From Planctomycetia bacterium (GTDB lineage: Bacteria > Planctomycetota > GCA-002687715): a stretch of 64,000 nt of DNA. Made by a program: the position numbers and the translations under genes. The notes under the pieces were generated by a model. That model searched no databases. It had not been told where the DNA came from and worked only from the letters and a program-made list of their open reading frames with translations. Every line of letters starts with the position of its first letter. Position 1 is the first letter of the stretch. Below, piece after piece: positions 26,641 to 36,874 of this stretch. The stretch is taken from the NCBI GenBank assembly GCA_005790545.1, contig SXUL01000036.1:80123-144122 (forward strand). Direction: 5' to 3'.

Positions 26641-27777
26641 ATGCGCGGCGGGAAGAGCGTTTTCATCGCGGCTGGTGAGCCCTCCGGCGATCTGCACGCC
26701 AGCCGGCTGCTGCGCGAGCTCTCCCGCATGCGGCCGGACATCGAGGCCGCTGGCGTCGGCGGCCGCCAGCTCGAATCCGCGGGCATGGAACTCATCGAGG
26801 ATCTCGCCGCGGACGCGGTGATGGGATTTTTTCCCGTGGTGCGCGCGCTCCCCCGGCTCCGGCGCGTCTTCCACCGCTGCCTCGAACGCATGGATGCACG
26901 GCGCCCGGAACTCCTCCTGCTCGTCGATTACCCGGGCTTCAACTTGCGCCTTGCTGCGGAGGCCAGGCGACGCGGGATTCCTGTCATCTGGTACATCCCT
27001 CCGAAGGTCTGGGCGTGGAAGCGCGGACGCCTCGCGGAGATCAAGCGCTGCGTTCAGAAGGTGCTCGTGATCCTCCCCTTCGAAGAAGGGGTGTTCCGGG
27101 ACGCGGACATCGCCGTCCAGTACGTGGGCAGTCCTGTGGTCGATCACTGGGTTGAACATGTCCCCGCAGCGGATCAGATCGAAAAACTGCGCGGCGGAAG
27201 CGAGCACGTGCTTGGCGTCTTTCCCGGCAGCCGTGCCCATGTGCAGAAGAGCCTTCTCAGCACCTTCGTGGATGCTGCAGCGCTCTGTCGTGATGCCGGC
27301 ACTCCTTGGCGCGTGGTGGTTTCCGGCGGCGCAGACATGCGCGCGATGCTCCAGCCATTGGCCGCTCGTGCGGGTCTGGAGGCTCTGGTTCACACTGGTT
27401 CGGCTCTCGACATCATGCACGCGATGGATGCCGGACTCGCCGCGAGCGGAACCGTGACCCTCGAACTGGCGCTCGCCGGAAAACCCTTCGCCATCGCGTA
27501 CCGCGTCAGCGCGCCGGTCTGGCTCGCCGGCAAATGCCTCATCGACCTGCCCCACTTCGCACCGGTGAATCTCGTGGCGGAACGCGAGGTGGCGCGCGAG
27601 TTCATCGGAGTGCGTTCGCCAGCCGGGGCACTCGCTGCAGAACTGCTGCGTCTGCAAGGGGCATCCTCAGCGGAGGAGATGCGCCGCGGGCTGATGGAAG
27701 TGCAGCAGCGACTCGGACCGTCTGGCGCATCGCTCCGCGCCGCTGAGTGCGTGCGCGACTTCATCGAGGGTGCTTGA
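26641..27777 (+). CDS. lpxB: lipid-A-disaccharide synthase
   Basis: Start at ATG 26641 (MRGGKSVFIAAGEPSGDLHASRLLREL...), matching LpxB N-terminus (GT-B fold, family GT19). Adjacent to the lpxA/C/D cluster. Confidence 0.9.
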   Translation: MRGGKSVFIAAGEPSGDLHASRLLRELSRMRPDIEAAGVGGRQLESAGMELIEDLAADAVMGFFPVVRALPRLRRVFHRCLERMDARRPELLLLVDYPGFNLRLAAEARRRGIPVIWYIPPKVWAWKRGRLAEIKRCVQKVLVILPFEEGVFRDADIAVQYVGSPVVDHWVEHVPAADQIEKLRGGSEHVLGVFPGSRAHVQKSLLSTFVDAAALCRDAGTPWRVVVSGGADMRAMLQPLAARAGLEALVHTGSALDIMHAMDAGLAASGTVTLELALAGKPFAIAYRVSAPVWLAGKCLIDLPHFAPVNLVAEREVAREFIGVRSPAGALAAELLRLQGASSAEEMRRGLMEVQQRLGPSGASLRAAECVRDFIEGA

Positions 27778-27786
27778 CGACGCTCG

Positions 27787-28578
27787 TCAGGCTTGCAGTG
27801 CACGCCCGGCACTGCTCTCTCCGGTACGCCTCAAGAACGCGATGAGATAGGCCACTTCGGCCGTCACCCAAGGACTCTGCTCGAGTTCGGCCAGCACCTC
27901 GTCGCGCGGCCGTGCGGTCCGGAAGATGACGCGATAGGCGTTGCGGATGGCCTCGATCTGCCCGGGCGAGAATCCGACGCGCTGCAATCCGACCGTGTTC
28001 ACCTTGCGCACCTTGGAGGGATGCCCCTCGACAACCATGAAAGGTGGCACGTCGTGCACGACGCGCGTGAGCCCACCCACGTACGAATGGCGTCCGATGG
28101 TCGCGAACTGCTGGACCGCCGCAGCGCCATTGAGGATGGCTCGATCCTCGATCACCACGTGCCCCGCGATGAGCGCGTTGTTGGCCATGATGACGTGGTC
28201 GCCGATGCGGCAATCGTGCGCCACGTGGCACGCGGACATGAACAGGTTGTTGTTCCCGACCCGCGTCCAGCCGTCGCCCTTGAGAGTGCCGCGGTTGAGC
28301 TGCGCGAACTCGCGCACCACATTGCCATCACCGAGTTCGAGCCAGGTTGTCTCGCCCCGCCAGGTGAGATCCTGCGGCGCTCCACCGACCGCGGCGTGCC
28401 CGTGAATCTGGTTGTTGCGGCCGAGACGCACGTGCGGACCGACGAGGGCGTGCGGACCAATGCTGGTTCCGGCACCGATGACGGTGTCCGCGCCGATGAC
28501 AGCGCAAGGTCCCACCTCGACATCCGCGTCGAGAGATGCCCCGGGATCGATGATGGCTGTCGGGTGAATGCGGCTCAT
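27787..28578 (-). CDS. lpxA: acyl-ACP--UDP-N-acetylglucosamine O-acyltransferase
   Basis: 263 aa from Met 28578 ([42 protein letters not shown]...). Left-handed beta-helix hexapeptide repeats and C-terminal helical domain typical of LpxA. ATGA overlap with upstream lpxC-fabZ. Confidence 0.92.
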   Translation of the reverse strand: MSRIHPTAIIDPGASLDADVEVGPCAVIGADTVIGAGTSIGPHALVGPHVRLGRNNQIHGHAAVGGAPQDLTWRGETTWLELGDGNVVREFAQLNRGTLKGDGWTRVGNNNLFMSACHVAHDCRIGDHVIMANNALIAGHVVIEDRAILNGAAAVQQFATIGRHSYVGGLTRVVHDVPPFMVVEGHPSKVRKVNTVGLQRVGFSPGQIEAIRNAYRVIFRTARPRDEVLAELEQSPWVTAEVAYLIAFLRRTGESSAGRALQA

Positions 28579-29879
28579 GCGTCCATCAACATGAATTTCA
28601 TCACGGCCTGACAAGTGAGTTCGCCGTTGACCGTCGCCTTGCCCTCGACCTTGCCGGCCCGATCCTTCAAGGTGATGGTCTCGCACTCGAGGCGCAACTG
28701 ATCGCCCGGCACCACGCGCCGGCGGAACTTCACGTGGTCGATCGCCACCAGCACGGCCACGCGCCCCGTGTTCTGCAGGCGGCGCAGCAGAAGGACGCCC
28801 GCGAGTTGCGCGAGGGCCTCGATTTGCAGCACCCCCGGCATGATGGGCTGATCGGGCCAGTGCCCCTGGAAGTGCGGCTCGTTGATGGAGACACACTTGA
28901 TGCCCACTGCACGTTGCCAGCCATCCAGTTCCACCACGCGGTCCACGAAGAGGAATGGGTACCGGTGCGGCAGGATCTTCAAGATCTCGCGCACGTCGAG
29001 ACCTGTGTCCGTCTGCAACACGCCTTGGGCTTCGAGTTCCTTCAGCCGCGTGGCGAGTTTCCGGACGAGTGCTTGATTCTCTGCGTGACCGCTGCGCGTA
29101 GCCACGACGCGCGCTTCGAGATCCATGCCCAAGAGCGCAAGATCACCCACGAGGTCCATGAGCTTGTGGCGCGCGGCTTCATCGGGGAAGCGCAGTTTGT
29201 TGTCGCGGACACCCTCGGCCCCGAAGACGAGCGTGTTCCTGGTGTCGGCCCCCTTGCCGAGACCGAGGTCCTGCAGCGCCTTCGCCTCGGCTTCGAGACA
29301 GAACGTGCGGGCCGGCGCGACCTCCGCCAGAAAGCGGTCCTCCTCAAGGACCAGCGTGGTGCACTGGGTTCCAAGACCCGGGACGCCTGGATAGTGCAGG
29401 GTGTACGCAAGTTCGAGGCGGTCCTTCGCGGGGAAGGCCGTGATGCTCGCCTCGCCATCGTGCACAGCCACTGGCACGTCCAGCGCGAACCGCTTGCGCG
29501 GAGCTTTCTGTTCGAGCCGCCCGGAACCGCGGATGATCTCTGCGAAAGGCAGGCTCGATCCGTCGAGGCCGGGAACTTCCGGGCCATCGAGCTCCACATC
29601 CACGTTGTCCACGCCGAGGGCATGCAGGCTCGCGGTCAGATGCTCGACGGTGTGCACGTCCGCATCACCGAGTGCGAGAGCCGTGCGCCGCTCGCGCTCG
29701 ACAACATTCTCGATGCGGAGCGGGATGCGTGGTCTCCCGGGAAGGTCTGTGCGCACGAACACGATGCCGTTGCCCGGTTCCGCAGGACGCAGCGTGACGG
29801 TGCATTCCTTGCCGCTGTGCAGGCCGATGCCGCGCACACTGACGGCACTGCGAATGGTGCGCTGGTTGCGAAGACTCAA
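28575..29879 (-). CDS. lpxC: bifunctional UDP-3-O-acyl-N-acetylglucosamine deacetylase / 3-hydroxyacyl-ACP dehydratase (LpxC-FabZ fusion)
   Basis: 434 aa. N-terminal about 280 aa LpxC (..[35 protein letters not shown].., zinc-ligand region HTVEH). C-terminal about 145 aa FabZ hot-dog fold (..[16 protein letters not shown]...[27 protein letters not shown]..). Confidence 0.9.
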   Translation of the reverse strand: MSLRNQRTIRSAVSVRGIGLHSGKECTVTLRPAEPGNGIVFVRTDLPGRPRIPLRIENVVERERRTALALGDADVHTVEHLTASLHALGVDNVDVELDGPEVPGLDGSSLPFAEIIRGSGRLEQKAPRKRFALDVPVAVHDGEASITAFPAKDRLELAYTLHYPGVPGLGTQCTTLVLEEDRFLAEVAPARTFCLEAEAKALQDLGLGKGADTRNTLVFGAEGVRDNKLRFPDEAARHKLMDLVGDLALLGMDLEARVVATRSGHAENQALVRKLATRLKELEAQGVLQTDTGLDVREILKILPHRYPFLFVDRVVELDGWQRAVGIKCVSINEPHFQGHWPDQPIMPGVLQIEALAQLAGVLLLRRLQNTGRVAVLVAIDHVKFRRRVVPGDQLRLECETITLKDRAGKVEGKATVNGELTCQAVMKFMLMDA

Positions 29880-30901
29880 GGCACTTCCTCCGCGCCAAAG
29901 CGGCGCTCCAGAGCACTCACGCGCCTGAAGAGTTCGGGCAGGCGCTTCTGAACGACTCGCACTCGGAGTCCGTCCGCCAGCGGAATGGCCGGCAATCCGA
30001 GATACCGCGCGTTGCCCTCGAGATCAGCAGTGATGCCGCTGTAGGCGGCCACCTGTGCGCCGGCTGCAATCGTGATGTGCCCACCAACGCCAACATGGCC
30101 ACCAAGGACCACGCGGTCGCCGAGCTTTGTCGATCCAGCAATGCCGACGAGTGCAACGAGCAGGCAATCCTCGCCTACCTCCACGTTGTGCGCGATCTGG
30201 ACCAGATTGTCGATCTTTGTGCCGCGACGAATGCGCGTCGCATCAAAGCGCGCGCGGTCGACACAGACACACGAACCGATTTCCACGTCGTCCTCGATGA
30301 TCACGGTGCCCGTCTGCGGCACCTTCACATGGCGCCCCTGCTTGTCCGTCGCATATCCGAAACCGTCCGAACCAATGACGGTCCCGGCGTGGATCGTGAC
30401 GCGCTCGCCCAGAACCACGTCGTGTTCGAGCACGACGCGGGCATGAATGACGGAGTCGCGGCCGATGCGCACGCCAACCCCCACGACAGCTCCGGCGTGG
30501 ACGACAGTGCCCGGACCAATCTCGGCGCCCTCGCCCACGGAGACGAGCGGGCCGATGTGCGCATCCGCGGCGATGATGGCTCCAGCAGCAACAACCGCGG
30601 AAGGATGCACTCCGGCAGGCGGCTTCGCGGCCGCCACGAGATGCTGCACGATGCGCGCAAAGGCAAGCTGCGGTTCGGCCGTCAGGATCATCGCGCCCGC
30701 AAAACCGGGCACAGGACTCGCGAGCACAGCCGCTCCCGCCTTGCTGGCCGCGAGCTTTGCACGCCAGCGTTCATCACCCGCGAAGGTGATATCGCCCGCT
30801 CCGGCGCCATCGATACCAGCGTGGCCGCTGATGACGCGCGTGGGATCGCCGCGCAGATCACCATGCACGAGCGCAGCAAGAGTGCCGAGGGTCGCGGCCA
30901 T
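29876..30901 (-). CDS. lpxD: UDP-3-O-(3-hydroxyacyl)glucosamine N-acyltransferase
   Basis: 341 aa. N-terminal LpxD domain plus extended hexapeptide left-handed beta-helix (IGxxxxIxxxxxIG repeats) and C-terminal helix. Follows skp as in the canonical bamA-skp-lpxD-fabZ-lpxA array. Confidence 0.9.
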   Translation of the reverse strand: MAATLGTLAALVHGDLRGDPTRVISGHAGIDGAGAGDITFAGDERWRAKLAASKAGAAVLASPVPGFAGAMILTAEPQLAFARIVQHLVAAAKPPAGVHPSAVVAAGAIIAADAHIGPLVSVGEGAEIGPGTVVHAGAVVGVGVRIGRDSVIHARVVLEHDVVLGERVTIHAGTVIGSDGFGYATDKQGRHVKVPQTGTVIIEDDVEIGSCVCVDRARFDATRIRRGTKIDNLVQIAHNVEVGEDCLLVALVGIAGSTKLGDRVVLGGHVGVGGHITIAAGAQVAAYSGITADLEGNARYLGLPAIPLADGLRVRVVQKRLPELFRRVSALERRFGAEEVP

Positions 30902-30904
30902 CCT

Positions 30905-31441
30905 TCAGCGATTGAGGCGCTTGATGACCTCGTTCGTGAGGTCCGCGCTCTCGGCGTGCCACACCACCGCGCGACGATGAATGGAATCCCAGATGTCCCC
31001 GCGGGTGCGACCGGCGGCTTCGCCAGCGTTCACGAGGAACACGGCCGAGAGGCCCTTCTCGGTGCCGAGGGCGGCCACTTCACGCCGCACCTCGATATAG
31101 ACCTTGCGAATGTGTTCGACGAGATCGCGCTCTTGCTGCAAGAGCACGGTCTTTTCAGCGAGTTCGAGTTCCACACGCTCAAGAGCGAGGTCGCGCTCCT
31201 TCTGCAACCTGTCCAGCGGCGCCGCATCGCCGAGCTCGAGAGCTTCGCGCTTCTGTTCCAAAGCCTGGCGCTGCTGGCGGACCTTCTCGCGCTGGTCCTT
31301 CAGACGCGCTTCGAGTTGCAGAGAGATGTCCGCGGTCTTCTTGTATTCAAGAACGACGCGCTCCACGTTCACGAAACCCACAGACTGAGCCGTGGCGATG
31401 GCCGTGAGCAAGAGCAGGATGGCGGGCGCGGAGAAGCGCAT
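30905..31441 (-). CDS. skp: periplasmic chaperone OmpH/Skp
   Basis: 178 aa from Met 31441 with signal peptide (MRFSAPAILLLLTAIATAQS) and long charged helical tentacle region (..LEARLKDQREKVRQQRQALEQKREALE..). Located between bamA and lpxD. Confidence 0.8.
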   Translation of the reverse strand: MRFSAPAILLLLTAIATAQSVGFVNVERVVLEYKKTADISLQLEARLKDQREKVRQQRQALEQKREALELGDAAPLDRLQKERDLALERVELELAEKTVLLQQERDLVEHIRKVYIEVRREVAALGTEKGLSAVFLVNAGEAAGRTRGDIWDSIHRRAVVWHAESADLTNEVIKRLNR

Positions 31442-31452
31442 GAGAGGCCCTT

Positions 31453-33918
31453 TCAGAAGGTGTGTCCGAACGAGAACGATATGAGCTGCGTTTCGTCGCC
31501 ATTCTGCTTCAGCAGCGGGATGCCGAAGTCGATGGCCACCGGTCGTTCGCCGAGGAACGGTATCACGAGGCGCACGCCCGCTCCAACGGCGAGACGCGGC
31601 TCCCACGTGTCCGTACTCGACCAATCTTCGCCCACGGAACCGGAGTCGACGAAGAACACGCCGCGCAACTGGTTCTCCTCGATGGGGAACAGATACTCCG
31701 CTCCGAGCAACCACATAGCCTTGCCACCCGTGGGATCGTCGCCCTCGTGCGGGCCTGCTCCGCGGTAGCGGAAGCCACGGATCGTGCCCGTGCCACCAGC
31801 GAACAGGCGATCGAAGATGGGCACGTCGCGCGTGTCGCCCAGCGCACCAGCCCAGCCCACGCTCGCATTCAGTTGCAGCACGTGACGCTGCCCTTCGGCG
31901 TTCTCGAGCAGCGTCACATATTCATGCACAGCCGCATTGCCGCGCCAGTAGGAAAGGCTCCCCCACAGACCGGCGTACTTCAGAGAAAGCTCGATTTCGC
32001 GACCCTCGGTGGGTTCAAGAAAGTTGTCCACTCTGCGCAGGCGAGCGTCCGCCTGGAGAGACGCCACTTCGTTGCGGCCTTCGAAGTCCCAGACGATCTG
32101 TGGCGCGCCGGTTTCGATCTCGCTCACCTCCGCCACCTCGTCGCGGAGAGTCACGTCCACGCGCAAGTCCTCGCCGATCAGCCGGCCGCCGGTGATCGAG
32201 ATGCCCTCGTGGCCTTCGCGCCAATTCTCACGCAACCACTCCGTGAGATACAGCTCCCCCGTCAGCGCATAGGGCGAATCGAAGATGTGTTGATCGCCCC
32301 AGAGAATCCGGCCCCGCGTCATGATCGTGCCGGGTTGGAAGCTGAGCACGAGTGTCTGGCCACCACCAGTGAAGGCATCGAGAGTGTCCGAGAACTTCTC
32401 CGGCAGATCGAGCGGATCGAAATTGGTCTTCGTGTACGTGACGTCACCGATAATGCCGGCGTTGGTGGAGACACCCACGGCAAAGCGCACCGTGCCCGTG
32501 TCCGTCTCCTCGACATCAATGACCACATCCTGCACGTTTTCGCGCTTCGTGTCGCGCAGGTGCACATAGGCCTCGCGATAGATATTGAAGTCTCCGAAAC
32601 TGATCTCGGGCGTCTCCACACGCAGGCCCCGCTCCGGACTCCAGTAACGCAGGCTGCGGATGCGCTGTTCCGAGCGGCGGAGCTTCTTGAGATTCAGCGG
32701 TTCGCCCGTGATGAGTTCGATCTCGCGACGGATTACGCGGTCCTGCGTTTCAACGTTGCCGCGAATTTCGATCGCGCCCACGTGGACCAACTCGCCTTCC
32801 GTGACCTGGACCAGCACATCCACCACATTCGTCTCGAGGTCGATTGCGCTGCGGTCCATGACCTGCGCATTGATGAGCCCTTCTTCCTGGTAGCGCTCGG
32901 TGAGGCGCTTCATGTCGAGCCCGAGGGCGCCATCCGGAGCGACGGCATACGGCCCGCCCACGACGGTTTTCAGCGCCGCCAGGACTTCCTCCGTTGTGAA
33001 ACGTGCGACACCTTCAACGCGGATGGAACGCACCGTGTAGCAGGAGCCTTCCTCAACACGAATGAAGAGTTCCACGCGCTCGTGGTCGGACGTCGGGCGC
33101 CATTCAACAAGCGTGGCATGCGCGTCGAGGTGTCCTTGGCCGCGGAGCCACGCATTCAGTCCCACCACGTCGCGTTCAACCTGCTCCAGCACGAATTCCT
33201 TGCTGAAGATCAGCCCGGGCTCTTCGCACCAGGGCATCTGATCCAGCAGTTGGTCGCGGTCGAAGCTCGCGAGCCCCTCGAAGTGCACCGCGCGGATCTT
33301 CACCTTCACGCCTTCGAGAATGTTGAAGATCACGAGATCGCCACCGCGCACGGCTGTCTTCTGGAACTGCACGCTGACGTAGTGGAACCCGCGTTCGCGG
33401 TACCAGCGTTCGAGTTCCTTGCGATCGAGCTCGAGCGTGAAGTCATCCACCATGTGCCCCGCGCGCGTGCGGATCACGGGCAGGAGTTCCTCCCGTCCGA
33501 ATTCAAGCGCACCGAGGAACACCAACCCCACGACCTTTCTGTTCTCTTCGCCATGCAAGGTGATATTGACGCCGCCCTGTCCGTCATCCACCGCCAAGAC
33601 GCTCGGGATGACAGCGAAGAGTTTGGGCAGGCGCTGCGTCTCGACCGGCGGACGCGGATGCGCCGGATCCTCCGGCGCGGCTTCCTGCCAGCCGGAAAGG
33701 CGACGCACATCGCGGTCGAGTGCGGCGCGCGTGAAGGGCGCCCCGACTTTCACACTCATGACGGCGAGCACGGACTCGGGTGTCAGCTGGCGCAGCCCCT
33801 CGATGCTGATCTTCCGCACGGGGCGGCCTTCGAGTTCAGAGCCATCACCCTGCGCCAGGGCGAGCCCGGCACAGACAAACGCACACAGGATGAGGTGGGC
33901 AGTCTTGGTCGCAGACAT
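31453..33918 (-). CDS. bamA: outer membrane protein assembly factor BamA
   Basis: 821 aa. Signal peptide, multiple POTRA-like repeats and C-terminal 16-strand beta-barrel ending in aromatic terminal residue (..LISFSFGHTF). Conserved context upstream of skp-lpxD. Confidence 0.9.
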   Translation of the reverse strand: MSATKTAHLILCAFVCAGLALAQGDGSELEGRPVRKISIEGLRQLTPESVLAVMSVKVGAPFTRAALDRDVRRLSGWQEAAPEDPAHPRPPVETQRLPKLFAVIPSVLAVDDGQGGVNITLHGEENRKVVGLVFLGALEFGREELLPVIRTRAGHMVDDFTLELDRKELERWYRERGFHYVSVQFQKTAVRGGDLVIFNILEGVKVKIRAVHFEGLASFDRDQLLDQMPWCEEPGLIFSKEFVLEQVERDVVGLNAWLRGQGHLDAHATLVEWRPTSDHERVELFIRVEEGSCYTVRSIRVEGVARFTTEEVLAALKTVVGGPYAVAPDGALGLDMKRLTERYQEEGLINAQVMDRSAIDLETNVVDVLVQVTEGELVHVGAIEIRGNVETQDRVIRREIELITGEPLNLKKLRRSEQRIRSLRYWSPERGLRVETPEISFGDFNIYREAYVHLRDTKRENVQDVVIDVEETDTGTVRFAVGVSTNAGIIGDVTYTKTNFDPLDLPEKFSDTLDAFTGGGQTLVLSFQPGTIMTRGRILWGDQHIFDSPYALTGELYLTEWLRENWREGHEGISITGGRLIGEDLRVDVTLRDEVAEVSEIETGAPQIVWDFEGRNEVASLQADARLRRVDNFLEPTEGREIELSLKYAGLWGSLSYWRGNAAVHEYVTLLENAEGQRHVLQLNASVGWAGALGDTRDVPIFDRLFAGGTGTIRGFRYRGAGPHEGDDPTGGKAMWLLGAEYLFPIEENQLRGVFFVDSGSVGEDWSSTDTWEPRLAVGAGVRLVIPFLGERPVAIDFGIPLLKQNGDETQLISFSFGHTF

Positions 33919-33967
33919 CAGGCTCCTCCCGGAAGGCCACGAGGCGCCGCAGCGTAACCGCTCGGAA

Positions 33968-35320
33968 TCAGGAGCCCGAGCCGTCGGCCGAGTTCTCGAA
34001 GCGCAGCCGCGCCGGAAAGAACTGGAGTTCGACCTTGCCTGTCGGACCGTTGCGGTGTTTTGAAAGCAGCACTTCCGTCAGGCTGCCCTCTCCCGGCGCC
34101 GGGGACTCACCACGGTAGTAATCGTCCCGGTAGAGAAACATGATGATGTCGGCGTCCTGCTCGATGGCGCCCGACTCACGGAGGTCCGACAGCCGCGGAC
34201 GATGATCTTCACGGCTGTCCACGGCGCGATTGAGCTGTGACAAAGCGATGACACAGCATTTCAGTTCGCGCGCCAGTTCCTTCAAGCTGCGGCTGATCAT
34301 CGCGATTTCCTGCTGGCGGTTTTCTGTGCCGGCTGGCGACGCCACCATCTGCAGGTAGTCCACGATCACGAGATCGATGCCGCCAAGGTGCCGCGCGAGA
34401 CGGCGCGCCTTGGTGCGGATGCCCATGGGCGTCAACGCCGGTGTGGCATCAATGTGGAATTGCGCAGCGCTCATGCGCGAGGCTGCCTCCGAGAGCTTGG
34501 CCCAATCGCGTTCGGAAAGCGTGCCTTTGGTGATGCGCGTCGCTTCCACGCGAGCCTGTGCACACACGAGATTCTGCGCGATCTGCTCCTCGCCCATTTC
34601 CAGCGAGATGAAGAGCACCTTCGCGCCGGTGGCAAGCGTCGCGTTGAGCCCGATGTTCAGGGCGAACGTGGTCTTGCCCATGCTCGGGCGTGCGGCGATG
34701 ACCACCAGATCGCCGCGCTGCAGCCCGTTGGTCATGGCATTCAGGCGGAGGTACCCCGTATCGACGCCAGTGACCGCACCGCGGCTCTCCTGCAACTGCT
34801 CGATGCGGTTGAAGGTCTCAGTGAGCAGTGAGCCAAGAGAACGCGTGCCGGCCGCCGCCTCCGATTCACCGATGGCAAAAACCGCGGACTCCGCACCATC
34901 CAGGATTTCCTGCACGGACGCTGGAGAACCAAGCGCGTCCTCGCGAATGCGTTCGGCCGCGCGCATGAGTTCGCGGCGGACCGACTTCTCGCGCACGATG
35001 CGGGCGTAATGCACCGCATTCAGTGCCGAAGGCAGGCGGTCGATCATCTCGACGATGAGCGCCTTGCCACCCACGCGCTCAAGCCGCCCATGCGCTTCGA
35101 GCTCTGCCGCCAGCGTCACCGCATCGATGGCGATGCCGCGCTGATGCATGTCCGCAATGGCCTCGAAGACGAGTGCGTGACGCTCGTGGAAGAAATCGTC
35201 AGCGCGCAGGATGCCGAGAACGTCGTCCAGTGCCGCTGGGTCGAGCAGCACGGCGCCGAGCACACTCAGCTCGGCGTCCACATTCTGCGGCAGCGCCGCG
35301 GCGAGCGTGTGCTCGGACAT
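33968..35320 (-). CDS. dnaB: replicative DNA helicase
   Basis: Start at Met 35320 (MSEHTLAAALPQNVDAELSVLGAVL...). N-terminal DnaB domain and RecA-like C-terminal domain with Walker A 'ARPSMGKTTFALN' and 'IDLVIVDYLQM'. No intein. Confidence 0.95.
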   Translation of the reverse strand: MSEHTLAAALPQNVDAELSVLGAVLLDPAALDDVLGILRADDFFHERHALVFEAIADMHQRGIAIDAVTLAAELEAHGRLERVGGKALIVEMIDRLPSALNAVHYARIVREKSVRRELMRAAERIREDALGSPASVQEILDGAESAVFAIGESEAAAGTRSLGSLLTETFNRIEQLQESRGAVTGVDTGYLRLNAMTNGLQRGDLVVIAARPSMGKTTFALNIGLNATLATGAKVLFISLEMGEEQIAQNLVCAQARVEATRITKGTLSERDWAKLSEAASRMSAAQFHIDATPALTPMGIRTKARRLARHLGGIDLVIVDYLQMVASPAGTENRQQEIAMISRSLKELARELKCCVIALSQLNRAVDSREDHRPRLSDLRESGAIEQDADIIMFLYRDDYYRGESPAPGEGSLTEVLLSKHRNGPTGKVELQFFPARLRFENSADGSGS

Positions 35321-35373
35321 GCCGCCCTCCAGAGGTGCCCGCGGACCGCGATGGCCCGCAGGCATCATCCACC

Positions 35374-35886
35374 TCAGCCGGCAGCAGGAGTCCGCGGCGC
35401 TGTGTCCGCATCCTCGTGGCCCGGAATCCAGTCACCGCGCCCTTCAGCGCGCACGCGCACCTCGATGGTGAGTCGCACTTCGTCGTGCAACACCACTGGG
35501 CACGCGTGGTTGCCAACCATCTTCAAGGCGCTCGCGAGCTTGAGCACGCGTTGCTCGAGCGGGAACCCACCGGCCGCAGCGGCTTCCGCGATCTCGCGGA
35601 CACCGACCGAGCCGTAAAGATTGCCGGCCTCGCTGGCCTTGGAAACGAGGGTCACTGAGAAACCAGCCAAACGGCCGGCCAGTTCCTTCATTTCCGTCAA
35701 CATCGTCGCCTCTTCGGCGAGCCACTGCGCGCGGACCTTGTCCACGCGGCGGATGTTCTCAACCGAGGCCGGCACGGCAGCTCCGGTGGGAAGCAGGTAG
35801 TTGCGTCCGTAGCCCTCACGCACGCGCACGCGAGCGCCGCGCTTGCCGAGGTGCTCCACGTCCTTCACCAACAAGAGATCCAGCAT
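35374..35886 (-). CDS. rplI: 50S ribosomal protein L9
   Basis: 'MLDLLLVKDVEHLGKRGARVRVREGYGRNYLLPTGAAVPAS' N-domain and C-terminal domain linked by long helix. Position between rpsR and dnaB. Confidence 0.9.
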   Translation of the reverse strand: MLDLLLVKDVEHLGKRGARVRVREGYGRNYLLPTGAAVPASVENIRRVDKVRAQWLAEEATMLTEMKELAGRLAGFSVTLVSKASEAGNLYGSVGVREIAEAAAAGGFPLEQRVLKLASALKMVGNHACPVVLHDEVRLTIEVRVRAEGRGDWIPGHEDADTAPRTPAAG

Positions 35887-35898
35887 GGTGTCAGCTCC

Positions 35899-36237
35899 TC
35901 AGCCTGTGTAGCCCATGAGCGCGAGGAAGCGAGCCCGCTTCACCGCGTACTTGATGGCCTTCTGGTGCCTGGCGCAGCCCGTCGAGCGCTTGCGCGACAC
36001 GAGCTTGCCCTGTCCCGTCACCATGCGCTGGAGAAGGTCCAGATTCTTGTAGTCGATTCCCACTGCGGGATCGAAGCGCGTATCGACTGGTTCGGCGGGG
36101 ACAGGAGCCGGAGCCCCCTCCTCTGCCTTCGGTTTCTTCTTCACCGCACAGAACCTGCACGGCAGCCGCTCGGCGAACTTCTTGAACTTGTTCTTCTTCT
36201 TGCGGCGTTCTTTCATCTGCTTGGACATCATGGCCAT
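35899..36237 (-). CDS. rpsR: 30S ribosomal protein S18 (Lys-rich N-terminal extension)
   Basis: Core 'CRFCAVKKK...IDYKNLDLLQRMVTGQGKLVSRKRSTGCARHQKAIKYAVKRARFLALMGY' is canonical S18. Confidence 0.95.
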   Translation of the reverse strand: MAMMSKQMKERRKKKNKFKKFAERLPCRFCAVKKKPKAEEGAPAPVPAEPVDTRFDPAVGIDYKNLDLLQRMVTGQGKLVSRKRSTGCARHQKAIKYAVKRARFLALMGYTG

Positions 36238-36248
36238 GTGAATCTCCT

Positions 36249-36710
36249 TCAGTTGCCTGAGCCGGCATCCATGTCACGGCCGTCGTATTCGTCACGATCG
36301 CGCCAACCGCCGCGGCGATCACCCGGCTCCTCCCACTCGTCTTCGCGCTTCCTGGGCTCGCGACGGGGGCGGAGAGCATCGATCTCGGCAGCAGTGCGCC
36401 AGATCGGGAATTCGGGGACGGCGAGCACGAGAGCGCGCAGCACGTCCTCGGAGATGTTGACGTCGTGCATGAGCCCCTGGATGGAGCCTGCGGGCGCCTC
36501 GAAATGCGCGAGGATGTAGGTCGCGCGTTTCTGGTCCTTCACGGGATAGGAGAGCTTCCTCTCGTCCCAGAGGTCCACCTTCACGGGCTTGCCGTGATGC
36601 TTCTCGAGGAGCGCGTTCACGATGTTCGTGCCGCTCCCGTTCTCGGCGTTGACCTTGCTGTTGGGCAGCAGGAACATCGCCTCATACCGATTCACTTTTG
36701 CTTCGGACAC
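36249..36710 (-). CDS. rpsF: 30S ribosomal protein S6 with acidic/Arg-rich C-terminal tail
   Basis: 'RYEAMFLLPNS...VNALLEKHHGKPVKVDLWDERKLSYPVKDQKRATYILAHFEAP' matches S6. First gene of the rpsF-rpsR-rplI array. No ssb between rpsF and rpsR. Confidence 0.9.
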   Translation of the reverse strand: MSEAKVNRYEAMFLLPNSKVNAENGSGTNIVNALLEKHHGKPVKVDLWDERKLSYPVKDQKRATYILAHFEAPAGSIQGLMHDVNISEDVLRALVLAVPEFPIWRTAAEIDALRPRREPRKREDEWEEPGDRRGGWRDRDEYDGRDMDAGSGN

Positions 36711-36874
36711 AGTGAGACCCTTTCCTGGTCATGCGCTCTGCGCCATGGACACGCCCTGCGTCGCGGTGCAAACCGCGGACTCCGCAGGGCGAGGCCCCGA
36801 AGATTCCCTCTTCGGGACGATGCGGAACGCCATGCCGGCGGAGCGGACACCCTCGGGTGCCACTCCACGCGACA

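Noticed and set aside
26457-26891. 145-codon N-terminal extension of rpsB in the ORF track
   Set aside because: Not S2-like; the conserved S2 N-terminus starts at Met 26456. The extension would run through the rpsB/lpxB divergent promoter region.
36796-36816. Hairpin CCCGAAGA-TTCCC-TCTTCGGG between rplY and rpsF as an intrinsic terminator
   Set aside because: 8-bp stem but no U-tract on either strand; could be an attenuator or nothing. Too weak to call.
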